DNA of 64,000 nucleotides from the NCBI GenBank assembly GCA_964019335.1, contig OZ025648.1:1116001-1180000 (forward strand), in the 5' to 3' direction. This DNA comes from Diplonema japonicum. Its lineage: Eukaryota; Protista; Euglenozoa: Diplonemea. The notes under the pieces were generated by a model. The model searched no databases. It saw only the letters and a list, made by a program, of their open reading frames with translations, and had not been told where the DNA came from. Below are positions 53,950-62,596 of the stretch, in pieces (the stretch's first letter is position 1; the number at the start of each line of letters is the position of its first letter). The translations under genes and the position numbers were made by a program.

Positions 53950-55491
53950 ATGAAGCGCGCGGTTGTGTGTTTGGGGTTATTGCTCTTCGCAGGACAGAGC
54001 TCTGGTTTCAGTGTCAAGCTGACGGGAACTGCTAAAATCGGAGAAAGCAAGGGGAAGGGAAAATACTGGAAGCCTGGTGGCGGTGTTGGGTTCGGGCAGG
54101 GCCACATGGCCATGACTGTCAAAACTAGCTCAAAGGGAAACGAGAACAAAGTGGTGTTCACTGTTAACGGGGGCGACAACTTTCAGGAGTACCAAGGAGA
54201 TGAGGCCTTTTGCGGGCTTAAGTCTTTCGTGATCGAAGACAAGAACACGAGAGTCTGCCCAGATGAGTCGCAGCAGGCACCGGATGATGACAGCATTAAA
54301 ATGCCGGTTGTCGAATGGTCTATATCAGCAGGCGGTATCATGTCCAGCTCTTCAATGGAGGCAAAGCGTCCCGAAGCAAAGTTGACTGTGTGGACACAAG
54401 CCATTAAGCGGGAAACACCTAGGAAGGTTAGGTTCGGTGACAACCTGTTGGATATGAAAGACAAGAAACTGATGTTCAGACTCGCCGAGATCACCTTCCC
54501 GCCTGCAGAGGATGAGGACGAGGAAGACGACAGCGTTCACAACGTTATCTTGAAGTCGCAGGACGGGGGCTACTCATGGTTTTACTTAGGTACGCTCCCC
54601 ATTGAGCTTGGAAAGGAAAACACACTCGAAAGGCAAGGCGAGAACGGATTCATTGTGTATACCAAGGCCAACAACACGATATTCTCAGTGGCTAGCAAGA
54701 CCTTGGGCAGGAAGTGGGGCAACGCCACCGAAGTGAGCCATTTCCAAAATCTCCCTTCGTACCTGAACACAAGATTCACGTCCATTATGGCAGGTGGGAG
54801 GGGCACGCCGTCGCTTGCTGCTATCGGTGGCAAGAAGGGATCCGAGAAGTTCTTCAACCTCGCAAGGCACCACAACGACATGCTGGAAGACGCACACGAC
54901 TACCCCGAGGGGTTCTTGAAGGCCACTGAGAAAGAGAGCAACGCCGAGTGTGAGAAGGGTGCTGACGAAGAGAAGTGCGCGTCTAGCGGCCACGTGTCGA
55001 TTTCCTCGTTCGGCGAGGACCCTGACAACAAGAACCTGACGAAGATCATGATGTGCTATGACAAGGTGGCCGGGTGGGACTCAGAGGACCAGGACGCGAT
55101 CTATTGCATGAAGGGTCACGTCAACGAAACAACAGAGCTGGTTGCACATGAAGCTAAGATGAAGAAAAGGGAAGAGAAAAAGAAGCAGGAGCAAGAGGCT
55201 AGGGAGCGTGCTCAGAAGTACGCTGAAGAACAGAGGCAGAGGAAGAAGCAGGAAAAGAGGGAGAAGGACAGGAAGGTCAGGATGCAAAGGCAAGAGTGGG
55301 CGAAGATTGACAACGAAGTGTACATCGTGCCCGCGAAGGTGGACTACTTGGAGGACGGGGACTTTGTTGTCGTTCGTGACCTCGGCAAGCACGCCATGTA
55401 CGCTGATTTCATGGAAGAGACAGTGGGTCTCCCGAACAAGGAGGACCTCACCAAAGAGGCTGAAAGTGAAGCAGCTGAAGAGGAAAAGTAG
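53950..55491 (+). CDS. Secreted/ER hypothetical protein with C-terminal charged coiled coil
   Basis: Signal peptide MKRAVVCLGLLLFAGQSSG; N-glycosylation sequons; no family recognised. Confidence 0.75.
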   Translation: MKRAVVCLGLLLFAGQSSGFSVKLTGTAKIGESKGKGKYWKPGGGVGFGQGHMAMTVKTSSKGNENKVVFTVNGGDNFQEYQGDEAFCGLKSFVIEDKNTRVCPDESQQAPDDDSIKMPVVEWSISAGGIMSSSSMEAKRPEAKLTVWTQAIKRETPRKVRFGDNLLDMKDKKLMFRLAEITFPPAEDEDEEDDSVHNVILKSQDGGYSWFYLGTLPIELGKENTLERQGENGFIVYTKANNTIFSVASKTLGRKWGNATEVSHFQNLPSYLNTRFTSIMAGGRGTPSLAAIGGKKGSEKFFNLARHHNDMLEDAHDYPEGFLKATEKESNAECEKGADEEKCASSGHVSISSFGEDPDNKNLTKIMMCYDKVAGWDSEDQDAIYCMKGHVNETTELVAHEAKMKKREEKKKQEQEARERAQKYAEEQRQRKKQEKREKDRKVRMQRQEWAKIDNEVYIVPAKVDYLEDGDFVVVRDLGKHAMYADFMEETVGLPNKEDLTKEAESEAAEEEK

Positions 55492-55903
55492 ATAACAATT
55501 TAGGATAAAAGAAAGGGAAAAACCATTTTACCCACCCCCCATCACGCATAGTCATCAGCACATAATAACTCAATTTCGATGTCAAAGAGGTGACACAAGA
55601 GGTGACAACGTGTGACTACGTGCCCCGCCCATCCTCCCCTTGCTGCAGGTATTACGGGTTTTGTTTTCTTTAATGATAGTGTTGAGGAGCTTCGTTGGAA
55701 CAGGGATGTGGTTTGGAGGATGTCGTCTTTTTTTTTTTTTTTTTTTTTTTTTGAATCTTTTAGGGCTGTCTTCTTTTCGATGTAACACTACCTGTGGGGC
55801 TGCCCCCCCCCCCCCCCCCTCCACCCCACTGATCCCCCTGCTTCCAAAATTTTTGTCTTTTTTTTTTCGGTCTCATTTCACATCGTCTCAGTCCTGCAGG
55901 AAG

Positions 55904-56728
55904 ATGGACCCCGTAACCTACCAGTACAACTATGAGAAGCTTGGGGTGGATGAATGTGTAAAACAGCACATAAAAAAAAACAGTAAAACAGGCGAGCTGT
56001 ACGTGGATTTGAGAGAAGATGATGCATTGAGGGCAGTGACAAAGGGCATCATGAAGATGCAGTATGGGATAGATTGGGACTTGCCAGAGGGCTTCCTGTG
56101 TCCCATGCTGCCCAACAGGGCGAAATACGTGGCATGGGTTGCTGAGCTAGTGAAGGGTGTTGACGGCAAGGTAGTAGGGATCGATGTAGGAACAGGGGCT
56201 TCGGTTGTGTACCCACTGCTAGCAGTAGACAAGCACCCTGATTGGGAGATGATAGGGCTCGAGAAAGACAAGGTTTCTGTGAAGCACGGGCGGGCAATGC
56301 TGAAGAAGAATAGCATACGAAATATCCAGATCCATGAAACCGCCGAGTGCGCTGACACGATCTTCCTTCATTTCTTCGAAGAGAAAGTGATCAACGTCCC
56401 TATTACCTTCCTCATGTGCAATCCCCCGTTCTTCTCCGCAGCAGGCTTCAAGAGAAAGCGCAACGTGGGTGCCATCACCGATTCAGAGAACGCGACAGAA
56501 GAAGGCGACATCGGGTTTGCGACACGGCTCTTGCAGGAGTCCGTCAAGCTCAACGCATCCGAGCTCCCGAAGATCCAGTGGTACACATTAATGTTCGGCA
56601 GGAAAGAGAGCATGAAGACATTCAGGAAGCAGCTGAACACCCTGCACCCACTGGTCAGCATGAGGTGCACTCAGTTCACGCTCGGCAAGACGACACGATG
56701 GTTGGTCGGGTGGACGTTCACCCGGTGA
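55904..56728 (+). CDS. METTL16: METTL16/RlmF-family m6A RNA methyltransferase
   Basis: LCPMLPNRAKYVAW, GIDVGTGASVVYPLL, MCNPPFF, WYTLMFG, GKTTRWLVGWTF. Confidence 0.9.
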   Translation: MDPVTYQYNYEKLGVDECVKQHIKKNSKTGELYVDLREDDALRAVTKGIMKMQYGIDWDLPEGFLCPMLPNRAKYVAWVAELVKGVDGKVVGIDVGTGASVVYPLLAVDKHPDWEMIGLEKDKVSVKHGRAMLKKNSIRNIQIHETAECADTIFLHFFEEKVINVPITFLMCNPPFFSAAGFKRKRNVGAITDSENATEEGDIGFATRLLQESVKLNASELPKIQWYTLMFGRKESMKTFRKQLNTLHPLVSMRCTQFTLGKTTRWLVGWTFTR

Positions 56729-56781
56729 TGTTTGAACTGCAATGTCCCTCTTTTTAAAAACAACACAGGTGGGGAGGGGAA

Positions 56782-58260
56782 ATGGAACCCTTAAAGGAAC
56801 GGCAGTTACTCATTGTACGAGAATTGGGAAACGGGGCTTTTGGTAAGGCGCTGCTTGTGCGGCATGCCACGACTAATGTGCCATATGTTGCTAAAGAAGT
56901 GAATTTGAAGGGCATGCTGAAGAGGGATGTCGACGACAGCAGGAATGAGGTGGCTGTCATGATGCAGCTGGAGCACCCAAACATTACGAAGTTTGTGAGC
57001 AGCTTTGAGGCGAATGAGAAGATCTACACCATCATGGAATATGCGGACGGGGGCGACTTGTCCATACGCATCCTGAAGCAGCAGAACACCAAGTGCCTGT
57101 TCTCAGAAGACGTCATCACAAACATTTTTATTCAAATCTGCTTGGCACTGAAGTACCTTCACCAGAAGCGTTTCCTCCACCGCGACATCAAGGTGCAGAA
57201 CATCTTCCTCACGTCTTCAGACATTGTCAAGCTCGGAGACTTCGGCGTCTCGAAGCATGTGGGCACAGTGGGCATGGCAAGGACTGTCTGTGGCACATAT
57301 AGCTACTTCTCCCCCGAGATGTGCAAGCGACAGGCATACTCAAACAAATCCGATGTCTTCGCTTTGGGTGTCGTGCTCTACGAAATGATGACGCTGGGCA
57401 AGAAGCCCTTTGTTGGTAAAGACGTTCCCGAGCTCCTTACGAATATTGCGAAAGGGAACATGGAGCCCCTCCCCAGCGGGCTCCCCTACTCCGCTGGGCT
57501 TGTCGATTTACTCTACAGCCTGCTGAAGCTTGATCCAAGTAGGAGACCTAGCATACCCGAGGTTCTGACTATTCCTTACATGCAAGGACAATTGAAGATC
57601 TTCGCTAGGCAGGCCATGGAAAAAGAAAAGTACTATAAAACGCAAGCACAGGTACCACTTGTGGAAACGCCACCCCCTTCGCCCTCGCCCGAACCTAAGC
57701 CAAAGAAGAAACTCCTCGGTGGGTTGTTCAGGAAGCGCCAATCATCACCTCAGCCGACGGCAGCCCCGTCTAAGGTAGATACTCGAGTGCGGATGGACAA
57801 GAAGAAGCTGGCAGGTCTTCTCAGCCAGCAGCCGAACGGCTACAAAGCCGAGCTTGATGCACTCAGTAAAGAAGGACAGAAAGCCCAATACACGAACTTG
57901 GAAGTATGTTTGCTACCCACCTTGTTTCTTAAACGTACACAGGCAACCGCGAGAGACTGCAAGCATTTAGTGAACCTAGCTTCTAGTCAAAACATGGAAG
58001 AGGGTGGTAAGAAAGAGTTTTTCGAATCTGAGGAGAAGGCGCAGCAGAGGGGTGACAAAATGAAAGAGTACCTTATGCTGACTTTGGGGTACGAGAAACT
58101 AGAGATGTGTAAGCAGGTCTTAGAAGGGGGTCATCCTGTAGATGTCTGCACATCGAAGTTGGCGGACATTGTAGGGGACAGCAAACTCGTGTCGTTGTTA
58201 ATGGGCGACTTTGGTGCATCCCAAGGACCGGAGTGTCAAGACGGTCGGTTTATTGTATAA
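56782..58260 (+). CDS. NIMA-related (NEK) Ser/Thr kinase
   Basis: LGNGAFG, YVAKEV, MEYADGGDL, QICLAL, HRDIKVQN, KLGDFG, SPEMC..YSNKSD. Probable in-frame intron at 57904-57942. Confidence 0.93.
   Translation: MEPLKERQLLIVRELGNGAFGKALLVRHATTNVPYVAKEVNLKGMLKRDVDDSRNEVAVMMQLEHPNITKFVSSFEANEKIYTIMEYADGGDLSIRILKQQNTKCLFSEDVITNIFIQICLALKYLHQKRFLHRDIKVQNIFLTSSDIVKLGDFGVSKHVGTVGMARTVCGTYSYFSPEMCKRQAYSNKSDVFALGVVLYEMMTLGKKPFVGKDVPELLTNIAKGNMEPLPSGLPYSAGLVDLLYSLLKLDPSRRPSIPEVLTIPYMQGQLKIFARQAMEKEKYYKTQAQVPLVETPPPSPSPEPKPKKKLLGGLFRKRQSSPQPTAAPSKVDTRVRMDKKKLAGLLSQQPNGYKAELDALSKEGQKAQYTNLEVCLLPTLFLKRTQATARDCKHLVNLASSQNMEEGGKKEFFESEEKAQQRGDKMKEYLMLTLGYEKLEMCKQVLEGGHPVDVCTSKLADIVGDSKLVSLLMGDFGASQGPECQDGRFIV
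57904..57942 (+). other. Probable spliceosomal intron, 39 nt, in-frame and stopless (NEK)
   Basis: GTATGT...TACACAG with the same size and ends as the other introns; not required for frame. Confidence 0.65.
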
Positions 58261-58663
58261 TGCCGCCGTCATCCTGCTATTAGCAGCCTGCTTCCGAAAG
58301 ATTGGTTCATATCAAACCATGATTTAAATATTTATTAGACTACTGACTGTCGAGCCTTCGGCAACTTCCCTTTCTGAGGGTGTCTGTTTTGTTCCGTTTT
58401 TTATTTTTTTCCTTTTAGCATGATGTTTTTTGTTTGCTTACCTGACGCTGTGCAGTGCCCCTGTTGTTTTCGTTCTGAGAGCTCTCGCGCTAGGAATACA
58501 CGCGTTATGAGGCCGTACAGAAGGTCCATCCCCGAAACAAAAACCATCCCGGTTACAACGCGAATATCAGTTTCGCTTTCCTGTGGCATGACCTGATCCG
58601 CTAATTTTATTATTTTCTGATTTGAAGCACCATCTAATCACCGCACTGTAGGGAGACAACAAC

Positions 58664-60067
58664 ATGACACTTTTCTGCAACTCCATCTCCAGACTGCCAT
58701 GGGACGTGGCTGCCGATGTGTTCGGCTTCTTGGACCCAGCAGACCTCTCGATGGTCGAACTCGTAAACAAGACGGTGCAGGGTGTCATCAGCAGGCGAAG
58801 ATTGTGGCGGGTGGCGTACGAAGGCGAGTGCAGGGAAAAGAACTGGAGAATGCCTTGCAAGCTGCCCCCTTGCTGGAAGCGGTACTACCATCTGAGTAGA
58901 AAGGAGCGCAACATGGTGATCCAGCCCAGGATCGAGGGCAGCAGTGTGACCATTAGGTGGCGCATTTCCCTCCCCGAGGACGGCAAAGGGTTCAGACGGA
59001 GGTCAGCGGAGTTCAAGTTCTCAAATGACGCTCTTGGGCAGCCCATCAGGTGGCAGATCGAAGTGGAGCTGGATGATCACAACAAGGGCATGGTACGCAT
59101 GTGGACCACAAACAACTGGACAACGGATGCCACGAGGCACTACTACGGCTCGCACTGCACCATCAGTCTGAGGGACCCTGTCAACGGAAGCAACGTTCAT
59201 GATGAGGTTCCTGTGGACATCGACAACTCAGCCGCGCTCACCTTCAACTCCAACATCATCTCGCCAGCAAGGGAGATGGTCGTCAGAGTGAACCTCACGC
59301 TTGCCCTTGAGCTCGCTGTGCCCTTGGACCCATTCTACGAGCTGATATCAGGCCGCAACACCCACGACTCCGACAACGTGAAGGTGGGATACTGCAAAGC
59401 TGTCTTTGAGGTTGCTAGGTGTCGCAGGAAGAATGGTGGTATTTTCGTCCGCAAGGAAGACCGACACATACACGAGCTGGTGATACTGGCGGGTAACGAA
59501 GAAACTAGCGCCGACCTCAGGGTGGAGGTTTTCCAGGCGTTGTTCAACCTTCTAGGACCGACCTCGATCCTGCTGGACAAGACTGTAGTGTTGGACTTGC
59601 TTCAGACATGCTTCAGGTGTTTGAACAAGGTGCCCGTGCCTTGTCCTGTGTACCCTGTTGAAGAGATGACGACGGCGTGCTTGCTGGCGCAGAACACGTT
59701 GGGGACTATATTCAACCTTCTGGTGCACCCGCTGACAAGGGAATCGATCACGCCCGACGCGCTTCGTGGTGTCACGCTGCTTCTCAACGACCCGACATAC
59801 AGGATCTGTCACTTTTCCGTTATTACGGTGCTGCTCACTGTGCTCACGTGGGGGAAGCTCCCGATCTGCATGTACCACTTCTTGATTTCTACTACGAATG
59901 AGTTCATGTCCGCGAACAACCCCCTCGACTCAGACTGCACTGGTGTGGCATGGGACGAGTCTGATATCGCAGCTTTCTTCATCCCGCTACTGAGGTCGCG
60001 GCACCTTGTCGCAGTAAAGTTCGCTACGTGGTGTGTGGCGAAGTACTACTTCCCTGCCGAGTTGTAG
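58664..60067 (+). CDS. F-box protein with MATH-like and helical (ARM-like) regions
   Basis: ISRLPWDVAADVFGFLDPADL..V..V.K...LWR F-box; the downstream domain calls are tentative. Confidence 0.8.
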   Translation: MTLFCNSISRLPWDVAADVFGFLDPADLSMVELVNKTVQGVISRRRLWRVAYEGECREKNWRMPCKLPPCWKRYYHLSRKERNMVIQPRIEGSSVTIRWRISLPEDGKGFRRRSAEFKFSNDALGQPIRWQIEVELDDHNKGMVRMWTTNNWTTDATRHYYGSHCTISLRDPVNGSNVHDEVPVDIDNSAALTFNSNIISPAREMVVRVNLTLALELAVPLDPFYELISGRNTHDSDNVKVGYCKAVFEVARCRRKNGGIFVRKEDRHIHELVILAGNEETSADLRVEVFQALFNLLGPTSILLDKTVVLDLLQTCFRCLNKVPVPCPVYPVEEMTTACLLAQNTLGTIFNLLVHPLTRESITPDALRGVTLLLNDPTYRICHFSVITVLLTVLTWGKLPICMYHFLISTTNEFMSANNPLDSDCTGVAWDESDIAAFFIPLLRSRHLVAVKFATWCVAKYYFPAEL

Positions 60068-60774
60068 TCTGCTCTAAGCAGTTAATGTCCAACTTCGCAG
60101 CACGCACGTGTTGGCCGCTCCGTCGGTCTCGTCTTAATAGTCTCCCTTATATTGTATTGTACTTTGTATATTTATCTATCTCCCACCAACAAGGCCTAGT
60201 CTTACCCTCTTCCTCTCTTGTATTTTTCCCCCTTTCTTAACCCATACCCGTTCGTTCATTATTTTTTATTCTTGTTAAACTTGCTCGAGTCGGTTTTTTA
60301 TTTTCTTTTTTAAAAAAAGTAATTAAAATGGGAGGAAAGAAGTATATGGCTCTTTTTTTTTGTAGTGCCAATGTAAGCTTTTTTTCTGGGGGGTGTTCTT
60401 TAAATTACCCCTCCCCATTTCCCCCCAATGCCACGTAAACGATTACAATGCACTGGTATGTTGAGTTATTTCTCTTTCCTCCTTTTTTTTTCTGAAGGGT
60501 TTAGCGACAGGGGCTGATGGCTAAGGTTTTTTTTTATTTCAGTGAACATCATTGTGAGTCGCTTTCACCCTTTCTTTGTAACTCTCATTAAATTAAAAAA
60601 GAAAAGAAAAGTAACCCCTCTTTTACAGACATTGAGTATACGAACCAGGGGAGCCGTCTTGCGGTCACTCCTATTTCTACATGTTTTGTACCCTACAACT
60701 CCCCTTCTGTCATAGCATTCATTATTTTGACCTTCAACGTGATTCATATAGGAACTTGTTTACTTTCACATAAA

Positions 60775-62028
60775 ATGCATCCTTGCGTGCATTCTTTCTT
60801 CTTGCTACTTCTCTTGGCAGCAGGTTGTGAAGCGCTGTACGGAGCAAAGACAGATGTTCAAGTTGTTGACCCGAAAGGTCTGAAAGAGCTTCTTAAGGGC
60901 CCCAAGATCGTGCTTCTTGAGTTTTTCGCGCCGTGGTGCGGGCATTGCAGAAACTTGGTGCCAGAGATGGAGAAGGCAGCCAAGGCCTTGAACGGTATAG
61001 TGACAGTCGCTGCTGTTGATGCCGACCAACACAAGGAACTTGCAGGGCAGTACCAGGTGCAGGGTTTCCCTACGATGCTCTTGTTCAACGACAATAGGAA
61101 CAAGCCCCAGCAGTTCAACGGCGGCAGGACGGCAAAGGACATCGTGGCCTACTGCATGAGGGAAGCGAGCAAGGCTGTTGAGACCAGGTTGGGTGGAAAG
61201 TCAAGCAGCGGGTCGAAGAAGAGCGCCTCCAAGTCCAACGTCGTGGAGCTCACTGATGACAACTTTGAAGAGATGGTCCTGAACTCCAACGACCTGTGGA
61301 TGGTCGAATTCTATGCCCCGTGGTGCGGGCACTGCAAGAACCTCGCCCCTGAATGGGAGCAGGCTGCCAATGAGCTCAAGGGGAGCGTGAAGCTGGGCAT
61401 GGTTGACGCCACTGTCCACCAGAAGTACTCATCCGTCTACGGTGTGCAAGGGTATCCTACTATCAAGGTCTTCGGCGCGTCCAAGGCGCACCCCGAGGAC
61501 TACCAGGGGCAGAGGTCCGCCAACGGTATTGTGAAATTCGCACTCGAGAAGCTTGACTCCATGGGCATAGGGCCCGAGGTCAACGAAGCTGCCTCCAAAC
61601 AGGAGCTCGTAGAAAACTGCATTGATAAGTCGAGGCTATGTGTTGTAGCTGTCCTGCCACATGTAATGGACACTGGAGCCGACGGGAGGAACAAGTACAT
61701 CGAAACCTTGGTCGAAGCTGCTAAGAAGGTACGCTCCCGCCACCTCTCATTCATGTGGATCAGTGCGGGCAATCAGCCCGCCTTCGAAGAGGCATTCAAC
61801 GTCCAGTACAACTACCCTACCTTTGTGGCGGTCAACAGCAAAAAGATGTTGTACTCTGCGCATAAGGGCGCCTTCTCGACCGACGGCATCGTTAAGTCCC
61901 TCATAAGGATTGAGTCTGGCCGCAGCCAGACAGCCGTTATCAAGAAAACGGATTTCCTCGAGAACTTCAAAGCTGTGGATCCCTGGGATGGCAAAGACTA
62001 TGTGATGCCTGAAGAGGAAGAATTCTGA
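60775..62028 (+). CDS. PDIA6: Protein disulfide isomerase, P5/PDIA6 type
   Basis: Signal peptide, two APWCGHC thioredoxin domains, P5-type b domain (LPH..DTGA.GRNKY), PWDGKD tail. Confidence 0.93.
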   Translation: MHPCVHSFFLLLLLAAGCEALYGAKTDVQVVDPKGLKELLKGPKIVLLEFFAPWCGHCRNLVPEMEKAAKALNGIVTVAAVDADQHKELAGQYQVQGFPTMLLFNDNRNKPQQFNGGRTAKDIVAYCMREASKAVETRLGGKSSSGSKKSASKSNVVELTDDNFEEMVLNSNDLWMVEFYAPWCGHCKNLAPEWEQAANELKGSVKLGMVDATVHQKYSSVYGVQGYPTIKVFGASKAHPEDYQGQRSANGIVKFALEKLDSMGIGPEVNEAASKQELVENCIDKSRLCVVAVLPHVMDTGADGRNKYIETLVEAAKKVRSRHLSFMWISAGNQPAFEEAFNVQYNYPTFVAVNSKKMLYSAHKGAFSTDGIVKSLIRIESGRSQTAVIKKTDFLENFKAVDPWDGKDYVMPEEEEF

Positions 62029-62596
62029 GCTAACATAACGTGCTAAGCATAAGTGTTTGATCTTCGTACTTGTACGGGGCAAAGTGTTTCAGCCCCCAGA
62101 CGGGCTGGACACTATGGGTAACATAAAAAACAGTAAAAAGGGTACTTTCTAAAACAAGCTTCCCCCCTCTCCCCCCTTTTTTTCTTTGGTGGGTGCTGCT
62201 TACACTTGTATCAGATTGATTTCTGTGGGAGGTTTTATCTTCCCCCCGCTCTTTTTTTTTTGAAAGGGAACCAAACTGAACGTTAGTACATAAAGAGTTC
62301 GTCCTTTTGCATAACATTTGTAGCGATAAATGTCTTGCAACAGGGATTATCCTTAAGTGCACTAAAGATGTTTGTATACTCTGCTCGGCAATAAGTTTAG
62401 GTGCTCACAGAACTCTGTTCCTCGAGCAACCGCAGCACGGCTTCAGCCGCACCAAGCGGCATATCGACAACTGCAGCGTGATAATTAGTGTGAATTTCTT
62501 GAGCAGTAAGCACCTCTCACTTTTATCGATTTTTTTAAAAGGTTTTATTTGTGTGATTTTTCAGTCAGCACAACCAACAGACCCGATGTACACAGA

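Noticed and set aside
58312-58345. AACCATGATTTAAA resembling the start of a diplonemid spliced leader
   Set aside because: The conserved CAGTTTCTGTACTTTATTG 3' part is absent.
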